Shown piece after piece: positions 28,187 through 37,024 of a stretch of 64,000 nt of DNA. The position numbers and the translations under genes are program-made. Source of the stretch: Candidatus Latescibacterota bacterium (lineage in GTDB: Bacteria > Latescibacterota > UBA2968 > UBA8231); contig OZ220089.1 in assembly GCA_964291625.2 (NCBI GenBank), forward strand, positions 224,001 through 288,000, written 5' to 3'. Below the pieces are notes generated by a model. It saw only the letters and a list, made by a program, of their open reading frames with translations, had not been told where the DNA came from and searched no databases. The number at the start of each line of letters is the position of its first letter. The stretch's first letter is position 1.

Positions 28187-30090
28187 GGCGACGGACGGGC
28201 CTCCAGCTTTTCCCGGACCTCCTCGTTCTCCGGCGTCAGGTCCAGGACCCGCCGCCAGTGGACCTCGGCCTCGTCGCGCTTCCCGAGGGCGTCGGCGATG
28301 TCCCCGGCGTGGTCGAGGATCACCGCCTGTTCCTCGGTGTCGTGGTCGTCCATCGCCTCCAGGGCCCGGGAGAGATAACGCTCCGCCTCCTCCAGCTCCC
28401 CGAGGCGGTAGTAGGCCCAGCCCAGGCTGTCGAAGAAGGCGCCGTTGTCGGGCTCGATGGCCACCGCCCGGGTGAGGAGCTGCACCGCCTCCTCCAGGTT
28501 GACGCCGCGGTCGGCGAAGCTGTAGCCCAGGTAGTTGAGGGCGTAAGCGTCGTCGGGCTGCAGGGCGAGGACCCGCCGGAAGCAGTCGACGGCGCGCTCG
28601 AAGTAGCCGTGGCCCGGGGACTCCCGGGCGGCCTCCTCCAGGATGCTGCCGAGGTAGAACAGGGCATGGGTCCCGTCGGCGTCCAGGTCGACGGCCCGGT
28701 TCATGCGCGCGATCGCCTCGTCCCAGCGGCCGAGATTCTGCAGGGCCACCCCCCAGTGCAGGTGGACCCTCATCAGGGTGGAGTCGGCCTCGACGGCCTC
28801 GCGGTAGCGCTCGATCGCCTCCGTCCAGAGTTGCTGCCGCCCCAGGACGACGCCCCAGCGGCCGTACAGCGGAGCCTCGGGGCCGCCGGCGGCGAGGCCC
28901 CGCCTGTAGACGCCGATCGCCTCGTCCCAGAGACGGCGGCCTTCGAGGTTGCCGCCCCAGGCGAGATACACGTCGAGCGATTCGGGCAGCCGCCCGGCCG
29001 CCTGCTCGTACACGGCGAGGGCCTCCTCCGGGCGGTCCTCCTCCTCGAGGGCCGCGCCCCAGAAGAGGTAGAGCTCGAGACTGTCGGGCATCGCTTCCAC
29101 GGCTTCCCGCAGGATCGCCTCCGCCCGTTCGGGGCGGCCCACGTGCAGGTAGTAGCGGGCCGGGTCGAGCCAGCCGTCCACCCGGGCGGGCCGGCCGCCG
29201 ACGATGCGCTCGAAGACGGCGGCGGCGAGGGGGTACTTCTCCATCTCGGACAAGGCGATGCCCAGGCGGTACAGGTAGGCGGCGTCCTCGGCTTCGAGGA
29301 TCGGCGTCAGCTGCTCCACCGTCTCCAGCAGGCGCGCGAGCTCGTACATGATCGACGAGCTGTCGGGGACGTGCCGCGCCCCCGCCTGGAGCGAGGTCAG
29401 CGCCGCCGGCCCGTCGCCGCGCGCCTCCTGGAGCTCGCCCAGTCCCAGCCAGGCGTCCTCCACCCCGGGGTCTGCGGCCAGGACCTGGCGGAAGACCGCC
29501 TCCGCGCGCTCGCGCCGGCCGCTGCGGGAGAGCACGTAGCCCACGTTGACGCGCACGTCGACGGGCGTCTCCTCCTGGTCCAGGAGGCGGTCGAAGAGGG
29601 GGTCGATGCGGGACTCGCGGCCGGTCTCCATGTAGATGCGCGCCAGGTACGAGTAGAGCTGCCAGTTGTGCGGGTCCCGGTCGATGAGCTCTTCGAGTTG
29701 CTCCCCCACCTCCCGCGGAGTGCCCACCGAGTCCAGCCAGCGCAGGAGCTGGTAGCGCAGGGCGGTGAGCTCCGGGTCGAGGGCCAGGGCCCTGCGGCCG
29801 AAGTGGACGGCCATGCGGTAGTCACGGATGCGGTCGTAGTTGCGCGCCAACTGGGTGAGAATCGTCGGCGACGAGGGATCGAGGTCGGCGGCCGAGCGCA
29901 GGGCCACGATGGCGCCCAGGGGGTTGCCCTGGGACTCGAAGACCTTGGCGGTGACGAAGTACTGCATCGCCTCGCGGCGGGCCTCCTCGGAGGGCTCGGT
30001 CCCGGGCGGCCGGCCCTGCATCACCCCGGCGCACGACCCGGTCAGAGCGAGAACGGCCAGAAGGCCGGCGCGGCGCAGAAGGAAAGCCAT
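28183..30090 (-). CDS. TPR-repeat lipoprotein
   Basis: ATG at 30090; lipobox TGSC; many TPRs; ALNYLGYSFAD...DSLGWAYYRLG...ILDHAGD C-terminal signature. Confidence 0.88.
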   Translation of the reverse strand: MAFLLRRAGLLAVLALTGSCAGVMQGRPPGTEPSEEARREAMQYFVTAKVFESQGNPLGAIVALRSAADLDPSSPTILTQLARNYDRIRDYRMAVHFGRRALALDPELTALRYQLLRWLDSVGTPREVGEQLEELIDRDPHNWQLYSYLARIYMETGRESRIDPLFDRLLDQEETPVDVRVNVGYVLSRSGRRERAEAVFRQVLAADPGVEDAWLGLGELQEARGDGPAALTSLQAGARHVPDSSSIMYELARLLETVEQLTPILEAEDAAYLYRLGIALSEMEKYPLAAAVFERIVGGRPARVDGWLDPARYYLHVGRPERAEAILREAVEAMPDSLELYLFWGAALEEEDRPEEALAVYEQAAGRLPESLDVYLAWGGNLEGRRLWDEAIGVYRRGLAAGGPEAPLYGRWGVVLGRQQLWTEAIERYREAVEADSTLMRVHLHWGVALQNLGRWDEAIARMNRAVDLDADGTHALFYLGSILEEAARESPGHGYFERAVDCFRRVLALQPDDAYALNYLGYSFADRGVNLEEAVQLLTRAVAIEPDNGAFFDSLGWAYYRLGELEEAERYLSRALEAMDDHDTEEQAVILDHAGDIADALGKRDEAEVHWRRVLDLTPENEEVREKLEARPSP

Positions 30091-30947
30091 CAGGCGGCCT
30101 CCGGAAACGCGGGTCGGCGCGGATCGAGGGCGTCGCGCAGACCGTCGCCCACGAGGTTGAGGGCGAGGGCCACGGCGAAGATCGCCAGGCCGGGGAAGGC
30201 CATCACCCACGGTGCCTTGAGGAGCAGCTCGCGGCCGCTGTTGAGCATCGCTCCCCACTCCGGCGTCGGTGGCTGGGCGCCGAGGCCGAGAAAGCTGAGG
30301 CCCGCCGCGTCGAGGATCGCCGTGGCCAGGCTCAGGGAGGTCTGCACGATCAGCGGGGCCATGCAGTTGGGCAGCAGGCTGAAGGCGACGATGCGCAGGT
30401 GACCGGCGCCGAGGGCGCGCGCCGCCTCGACGTAGGCCAGCTCGCGAAGGGAGAGGACCTGGGCCCGCACCAGGCGGGCGAACTGGGGGATGAGGACGAT
30501 GCTCACGGCGACCATGACGTTGTCGATGCCGGGGCCGATGACGGCGACGATGGCGATGGCCAGCAGGATCGACGGGAAGGCGAGCATCATGTCCACGAGG
30601 CGCATGATCAGCGTGTCGGTGAGGCCGCCGCGGTACCCGGCCGCCAGGCCGAGGGCGGTGCCCAGAGTGAGGGAGATTCCGATGCAGATACCGCCGATGC
30701 GCAGGGAGATGCGGGAGCCGTGGATGACGCGGCTGAGGATGTCGCGGCCGAACTCGTCGGTGCCCATGGGATGTTCCCACGACGGCGGCCGCAGGCGCTG
30801 GTAGAGGTCCTGCGCCAGCGGGTCGAAGGGCGCCAGCAGGGGCGCCAGGACGGCCACCACCACCAGGCCCGCGAGGACGCCGATACCGGCCAGCGGCAGG
30901 GGCCTCGACCGCAGATGGTTCGCGGCCCCGGTCAGGACGTCGATGAT
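30090..30947 (-). CDS. dppC: Peptide ABC transporter permease (DppC); start codon non-canonical or uncertain
   Basis: HPMGTDEFGRD, YVEAARALGA, PTPEWG and GDGLRDALDP motifs. The in-frame N-terminal TM (LRSRPLPLAGIGVLAGL) lies upstream of the first GTG at 30863. Confidence 0.88.
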   Translation of the reverse strand: MIDVLTGAANHLRSRPLPLAGIGVLAGLVVVAVLAPLLAPFDPLAQDLYQRLRPPSWEHPMGTDEFGRDILSRVIHGSRISLRIGGICIGISLTLGTALGLAAGYRGGLTDTLIMRLVDMMLAFPSILLAIAIVAVIGPGIDNVMVAVSIVLIPQFARLVRAQVLSLRELAYVEAARALGAGHLRIVAFSLLPNCMAPLIVQTSLSLATAILDAAGLSFLGLGAQPPTPEWGAMLNSGRELLLKAPWVMAFPGLAIFAVALALNLVGDGLRDALDPRRPAFPEAA

Positions 30948-31020
30948 GGCTCGATCCGCCTTTCTCGTTGCGGGAAGCCCGGCCCCGGATCGGAGCCGTT
31001 GGAATATAAGCAGGCTCCGC

Positions 31021-32939
31021 TCAGGCCGGCGGCACCAGGATCAGGGCGGCCAGGGGGGGCAGGGCGAGGACCGCCGACCAGCGGCGCCCGTGGCAGGGCA
31101 CCTCGCCGGACTCCACGATGCCGAGGTTTCCCGCCCCCGAGCCGCCGTAGTCGAGGGCGTCGGTGTTGAGCCGTTCCCGCCAGCGCCCGGGGCAGGGCAG
31201 CCCCAGGCGGAAGCCGCGTCGCGGCTCCGGCGTGAAGTTGCAGACCGCCACCAGGACCCCGCCCTCCGGCGCGCGCCGTTCGAAGGCGATGACGGCGTTG
31301 CCGCTGCCGCCTCCCTCGATCCACTCGAACCCGGCCTCGTCGCAGTCGCTGGCGTGCAGCCCCGGATGGCTCCGGTAGAGGCCGTTGAGATCGCGCACCA
31401 GGTCCTGCACCCCCCGGTGCCAGCCGTGCTCCAAGCTCGACCACTCCAGGGCCTGGAGATGGTCCCACTCCGGCCGCTGGCCGAACTCCCCTCCCATGAA
31501 CAGCAGCTTCTTGCCGGGGAAGGCGAACATCCAGGCGAGGAGCAGCCGCAGGTTGGCGAACCGCTGCCAGTCGTCCCCCGGCATCTTCTCCAGCAGCGAC
31601 CGCTTCCCGTGGACGACCTCGTCGTGGCTCAGGGGCAGGAGGAAGCTCTCCGCGTGGGCGTACTCGGCGGCGAAGGTGAGGTCCGAAGGGTGCGACCGCC
31701 GGTCCCCGGGATCCCGGCTCATGTAGCGCAGCGCGTCGTTCATCCAGCCCATGTTCCACTTGAAGCCGAAACCGAGCCCCCCCGCCGCCGCCGGAAGGGT
31801 CACCCCGGGCCAGGCCGTCGACTCCTCGGCGAGCATCAGCGCCCCGGGATGGTGCTCGTGGACCAGCCGGTTGGTCTCCTGCAGGAACTCGATGGCCTCC
31901 AGGTTCTCCCGTCCCCCGCGGCGGTTCGGCGTCCACTCCCCTTCCTTGCGGGAGTAGTCCAGGTAGAGCATGGAAGAGACCGCGTCGACCCGCAGCCCGT
32001 CCACGTGGAAGCGGTCCAGCCAGAACAAGGCGTTGGACTGCAGGAAGGACCTCACCTCCGGACGCCCGAAGTCGAAGGTCAGGGTGCCCCAGTCGGGATG
32101 GAGCCCGAGATCGGCGGACTCGTAGAGGGGGGTTCCGTCGAACCGCGCCAGGCCGTGGGCGTCCTGCGGGAAGTGGCCGGGCACCCAGTCGAGGATCACG
32201 CCGAGGCCGCGGCCATGGAGATGATCGACGAAGTACGCGAAGTCCTCCGGCGGTCCGAAGCGGGCCGTGGGCGCGAAGTAGCCGGTCACTTGGTATCCCC
32301 AGGAGCCGTCGAAGGGGTGCTCGGCCACGCCCATGACCTCGACGTGGGTGAAGCCCAGCCTGGCGGCGTATTCGGCCAGCTCGTGGGCCAGCCGGCGCCA
32401 GCCGAGGGGCTCGCCCCCGGGACCGCGCCGCCAGGAGCCGGGGTGGACCTCGTAGATGGACAGGGGCTCCCGCGTCCACGGGCATTCCCGGCGCCGCCCC
32501 ATCCACTCGGCGTCGGTCCACTCGAAGTCGTGGAGGGCCACTACCGAGGCCGTGCACGGCGGCACCTCGGCGGCGAAGGCCACCGGGTCGGCCTTCTGCA
32601 GCAGGTCCCCGGCGACGGTCAGGATCTCGTACTTGTAAAGGGCGCCGGCGCCCACGCCGGGAACGAAGAGCTCCCAGATTCCGCAGGACCCCGGACGGCC
32701 CATGGGGTGGCGGAGTCCGTCCCAGTCGTTGAAGCCACCCACCACGCTGACCCGCTCGGCAGCCGGTGCCCACAGGGCGAAGTGCACCCCGGGCTGCCTT
32801 CCAGGGTCCCGGGATGGGCCCCGAGGAAATCGTGGATCCGGTGGTGACGGCCATCGCTGAAGAGACGGCGGCCGGCGGCCCGGCCGACCCCGGGCGAAGA
32901 AGGCGGCGCGGCTCCCGGAGAGGATGGGGCCGCATCCAT
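31021..32939 (-). CDS. glgB: 1,4-alpha-glucan branching enzyme, split by one frameshift near 32787-32800
   Basis: ATG at 32939 (TGATG-coupled). [23 protein letters not shown] in one frame continues as [36 protein letters not shown] and [10 protein letters not shown] in another. Confidence 0.92.
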
Positions 32940-34852
32940 CAGGTGGAGGCTCTCTCGAGGTCCCTTGTCTCAGGTGGAGCCGTCGAGGCGCCGCAGCAGC
33001 CGGCCTCGGGCTCGGGTTCGGACGGCGCTCCACAGCAGTCCGGCTCGGGCTCGGACACTCCCTCGCAGCAGTCGGGCTCGGGCTCCGACTCGCAGCAGGA
33101 GTGGGCGGCAGGGTCCGCGGCTCCGGCCTCGAGTACTTCGCCCACGAAGGCCCGCGGTCCCCGGCGCACCATCGAGGCCAGCATCAGCGCCCCGAGCGCG
33201 GCCAGGCACAGGTCCCGCCACCCGGCCCCGTGGGCGGCGTGGCCCAGGTCCGGCACGACCCCGGCGACCTCGGTCAGGCTGTTGACGGCGCGCCCGAGGA
33301 GCACCGTGATGACGACCACGCAGGCGGCGAAGAGCAGAGCGATCCGGCGCCCGTGGAGCCGCGTGAGGACGCCGAGGGTGGTGACGTTGGTCGCCGGCCC
33401 GGTGATCAGGAAGGCCAGGGCCGCCCCCGGGGAGACGCCGTTGAGGACCAGCACCGCCACCAGCGGCGTGGCCCCGGCGGCGCAGACGTACACCGGCATG
33501 CCCACCAGGGCCATGATCTCCACCTCGAACCCGGGCGGCACCAGCTCCGACCACCGGGTACCGACGAAACCGTGGACCAGGGCGGCCAGGGCCAGCCCCA
33601 CGAGGATCCAGGGCGCCGTGGAGTCAACCACCTCCCCCAGGCCCTGGGCCAGTCCCGTGCGCAGCCGCGACGCCAGGGGCGGTTTGGTCCCGGCGCCGGC
33701 GGCGGCCGCCCCCTGGGGCACCAGCCGCGAGGCGAAGCGGCCCACGAACCACCCCGTGCCGAGGGCGACGGCGGCGGCCGCAGCCACTCGGGCGACGGTG
33801 AACTCTCCTCCCAGCAGGGGCAGAGTGATGAGGACGGCGTCGAGGCTCAGTTCGGGCGTGGCGATGAGGAAGGCCATGGCCGCCGTCGGCGGGACCCCGG
33901 CGACCACGATCGAGCGGTAGAGGGGGACGACGCCGCAGGAGCAGACGGGCAGAGGCAGGCCGAAGGCCATCCCCCTCGCCGCCTGGGAGAGGCGGGAGCC
34001 GCGCCCCATCCAGTCCACCGTGCCCTGGGGCAGCAGGGCGTACACCAGGCCGGCGCCGACGTAGGCGATGAGCAGGGCGGGCGCCGACTCCAGGGCCAGG
34101 GTGTAGAACACGCCTGCCATCTCGGCCATGGCCCCGGAAGCCTCCTGGTCGGCGGTGGCCACGGCCAGCAGCACCAGGGCGGCCAGGGCTCCCAGGCCCG
34201 AGGGCCAGGGCCAGGGCCGGGAGGCCGTCGCTTCGACCCCCGTCGCCAGCGGATAGCGCCGGCGCAGCACGACGTGCAACAGGGCGCCCGCCGTCAACGC
34301 CTGGAACAGCCCCCAGCCGGGCCCGCCCGGGGCCGCCGCGCCCGGGAGGAAGCCGAGGAAGGCGCCCGTGGTGGCCGCCGCCATCGCCCCCAGGGCGGCC
34401 AGGGCCGGCGCCAGGCCGTAGAGCGGCCGCAGGAGGAACCACAGGGCCAGACCGACCGGCAGCCGGTGGAGGACGACGGCCAGGTGCGAGTCCCCGCCTC
34501 CGGCCCCCCCGGACAGGACCACTCCGTCGATGCAGGAGTGGACGCCGACGGCGGCCAGGGCGAGAACGAGGGCGATGACGCGGAGGGGGCGCTCCAGCAG
34601 CGGCAGACAACGCCCGACCAGCGCCGGCAGCCACAGGCCGGCGGCGACGGCCGCCGCCGCCGGCGCCCAGCCGGCCAGGGCGGCGCCGGCCGGAACCAGC
34701 TGCAGGAGGACGAAGCCGCCGACGCCGACGAAGAGGAAGCCGTCGAGGGCGGCCGTCAGACGGCCCGAGGCCCGCGCGGCCCCGTACAGCAGGGGTCCCG
34801 CGGCGAGGGCGAGCAGACCGAGGGCCAGCGGGGTCGAGGCGGAGGGATTCAT
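32939..34852 (-). CDS. SO_0444/DUF318 (ArsP-like) metal permease with N-terminal ZIP-like region and Cys-pair tail
   Basis: [30 protein letters not shown] and GPATN motifs; N-terminal HSCIDG...VVLHRLP; C-terminal CC repeats. Confidence 0.8.
   Translation of the reverse strand: MNPSASTPLALGLLALAAGPLLYGAARASGRLTAALDGFLFVGVGGFVLLQLVPAGAALAGWAPAAAAVAAGLWLPALVGRCLPLLERPLRVIALVLALAAVGVHSCIDGVVLSGGAGGGDSHLAVVLHRLPVGLALWFLLRPLYGLAPALAALGAMAAATTGAFLGFLPGAAAPGGPGWGLFQALTAGALLHVVLRRRYPLATGVEATASRPWPWPSGLGALAALVLLAVATADQEASGAMAEMAGVFYTLALESAPALLIAYVGAGLVYALLPQGTVDWMGRGSRLSQAARGMAFGLPLPVCSCGVVPLYRSIVVAGVPPTAAMAFLIATPELSLDAVLITLPLLGGEFTVARVAAAAAVALGTGWFVGRFASRLVPQGAAAAGAGTKPPLASRLRTGLAQGLGEVVDSTAPWILVGLALAALVHGFVGTRWSELVPPGFEVEIMALVGMPVYVCAAGATPLVAVLVLNGVSPGAALAFLITGPATNVTTLGVLTRLHGRRIALLFAACVVVITVLLGRAVNSLTEVAGVVPDLGHAAHGAGWRDLCLAALGALMLASMVRRGPRAFVGEVLEAGAADPAAHSCCESEPEPDCCEGVSEPEPDCCGAPSEPEPEAGCCGASTAPPETRDLERAST
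32990..33100 (-). repeat. Imperfect in-frame tandem repeat encoding CC-(x)-SEPEP units
   Basis: Recurrent cagcag..ggctcgggctc.gac units on the + strand; protein [35 protein letters not shown]. Confidence 0.75.
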
Positions 34853-34973
34853 GACGGGATTTCGAATGTACTCGGGCCACCAGCCCCCGGCTACCTGGCT
34901 CCTTGCCAGGGAAGGGGGGCGGGGTTACCTAGGAGAGCCTGCGGTATCCATCCGGCTCCGGGACAAGGCCTTC

Positions 34974-36284
34974 GTGAAGACCGAAACCCTGCACGGCTGG
35001 GGGCGTCATCCACGCCTCCCCGGCGCCGTGCACCGCGCCCGCGACCTCGACGACCTGCGGCGGCTCGCCCGGTCGGACCGCGCCGGCATCGGCCGCGGCG
35101 CCGGGCGCAGCTACGGAGACGCGGCCCTCGCCGCCCACGTGGTCTCGGCCCTGCCGCTGCGTCACCTGCTCGACTTCGACGGCCAGAGCGGGGTCCTGAA
35201 GGCCCAGGCCGGCGTCAGCCTCGACGACGTGATCCGCTTCGGCCTCCCCCGAGGCTGGTTCCCCCCGGTCACCCCGGGCACCCGGCAATGCACCCTCGGC
35301 GGCTGCGTCGCCGCCGACGTCCACGGCAAGAACCACCACCGCGTCGGCGCCTTCGGGGCCTTCGTCGACGAGCTCGAGATGGTGCTCGCCGGCGGTGACG
35401 TGGTGCACTGCTCAAGGACCGAGCTCCCCGACCTGTTCTGGGCCACCCTGGGGGGCATGGGGCTGACGGGGCTGATCCACGCCGTCACCCTGCGGCTGGC
35501 GCCGGTGCGGTCCGCTTTTGTCGACAACCTCAGCGTGCGCACCGGGAGTCTGGTCGAGACCTGCCGCCTCCTGCGGGAGACCCAGGACCAGCACGCCTAC
35601 TCCGTGGCCTGGATCGATCTGCTGACGAGATCCGCGCGCCGAGGGCGGGGCCATGTGCTGCTCGGGGAGCACGCCGAGGGTCCGGCCCTGGCTCCTCTGC
35701 ACCGGGATCCGCGGTGGCAGCTGCCCCTCCTGCCGACCAACCTGGTGCGGCACTCCGGCTTGCGCCTGCTCAACGCCATCTACTACCGTCGGCAGTTCCG
35801 GAAGCGCAGCCGTCGGCGGGTCCACTACGGCCCCTACTTCCATCCCCTCGACGGCGTCGCCCACTGGAACCGGGCCTACGGCCCCCGGGGCTTCCTGCAG
35901 TTCCAGTTCGCCGTCCCCTTCGCCAGCGACGCGGAGGTGATGGCCGATGTGGTCGAGCGCACCCAGAGGGCGGCGCCCTGCTCCCTGGCGGTGCTCAAGA
36001 CCTTCGGTGACCACCCGGGCGGACCTCTCGGCTTCCCCCTGCCGGGATACACCCTGGCCCTGGACTTCCCCCGCGCCTCGGGGATCGAGAAGGCCCTGGT
36101 CGACGCCGCCGGCATGGTGGCCGCCGCCGGGGGCCGCGTCTACCTGGCCAAGGACGCCCTCCTCACCCCGGAGCAGACCGAGACCATGTATCCACGGCTC
36201 GACGAGTTCCGCGCCGCCCGCCGGCGCTACGACCCAGGTGGCCGCTTCCGGTCGGCCCTCTCCGACCGCACGGGGCTGACGTGA
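34974..36284 (+). CDS. FAD-linked oxidoreductase, DprE1-like (decaprenylphosphoryl-ribose oxidase family)
   Basis: GTG at 34974; HGWG, GRGAGRSYGDAA, PVTPGT, DVHGKNHH, WNRAYG..GFLQFQ and YLAKD motifs. Confidence 0.85.
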   Translation: MKTETLHGWGRHPRLPGAVHRARDLDDLRRLARSDRAGIGRGAGRSYGDAALAAHVVSALPLRHLLDFDGQSGVLKAQAGVSLDDVIRFGLPRGWFPPVTPGTRQCTLGGCVAADVHGKNHHRVGAFGAFVDELEMVLAGGDVVHCSRTELPDLFWATLGGMGLTGLIHAVTLRLAPVRSAFVDNLSVRTGSLVETCRLLRETQDQHAYSVAWIDLLTRSARRGRGHVLLGEHAEGPALAPLHRDPRWQLPLLPTNLVRHSGLRLLNAIYYRRQFRKRSRRRVHYGPYFHPLDGVAHWNRAYGPRGFLQFQFAVPFASDAEVMADVVERTQRAAPCSLAVLKTFGDHPGGPLGFPLPGYTLALDFPRASGIEKALVDAAGMVAAAGGRVYLAKDALLTPEQTETMYPRLDEFRAARRRYDPGGRFRSALSDRTGLT

Positions 36285-37024
36285 GCGGCCGCCGCGCCCT
36301 GATCCTGGGGGCCCGCTCGGCGATCGCCGCAGCCCTGGCGGAACGGCTCGCCGGGGACGGCTGGGACCTGGTATTGGCGGCGCGGGACTGCCGGAGGCTG
36401 GAGCCGGCGGCCGCCGACCTGCGCTTGCGCCGCCAGCGGCAAGTGGACCTGCTGGAGTTCGACGCCCTCGACCTGGAGGCCCACGCAGGGCTCGCCGACC
36501 GGGTGCGTGCCACCGCGGGGCCCTTCGACCTGGTGGTCTGCGTCTTCGGGTACTCCGGCGATCCGGAGGAGGCGCGGCACGACACCGGGGAGATGACGGC
36601 GACGCTGACGACCAACTTCACCGCCGCCGCCGTCTGCCTCGGCCACCTGGCCAACGACCTGGAGGGCCGCGGGCAGGGCGGCATCATCGCCGTGAGCTCC
36701 GTCGCCGGCGACCGGGGGCGGCAGTCGAACTACGTGTACGGCGCCTCGAAGGGGGGGCTGAACGTCTTTCTGCAGGGCCTGCGGAACCGTCTGGCCCCTG
36801 CCGGGGTGCACGTGATGACGGTGAAGCCGGGGTTCGTGGACACGCCCATGACCCAGGGCCGCGAGGGGCTGTTCCTGGTGGCCTCGCCGGAGCGGGTGGC
36901 CGCCGACATCCTGCGCGCCTGGCGTCGGCGGCGGAACGTGGTCTACACGCCCTGGTTCTGGCGCTGGATCATGCTCCTGATCCGCCTCGTGCCGGAGGGG
37001 TTGTTCAAGCGCCTGAGGCTGTAG
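36281..37024 (+). CDS. SDR oxidoreductase, DprE2-like
   Basis: GTGA overlap; ILGARSAIA, SSVAGDRGRQSNYVYGASK and KPGFVDTPMT motifs. Confidence 0.85.
   Translation: MSGRRALILGARSAIAAALAERLAGDGWDLVLAARDCRRLEPAAADLRLRRQRQVDLLEFDALDLEAHAGLADRVRATAGPFDLVVCVFGYSGDPEEARHDTGEMTATLTTNFTAAAVCLGHLANDLEGRGQGGIIAVSSVAGDRGRQSNYVYGASKGGLNVFLQGLRNRLAPAGVHVMTVKPGFVDTPMTQGREGLFLVASPERVAADILRAWRRRRNVVYTPWFWRWIMLLIRLVPEGLFKRLRL

Noticed and set aside
32990-33100. Repeats as a possible CRISPR array
   Set aside because: The units are degenerate, in frame within a CDS, have no spacer-length gaps, and there are no cas genes.
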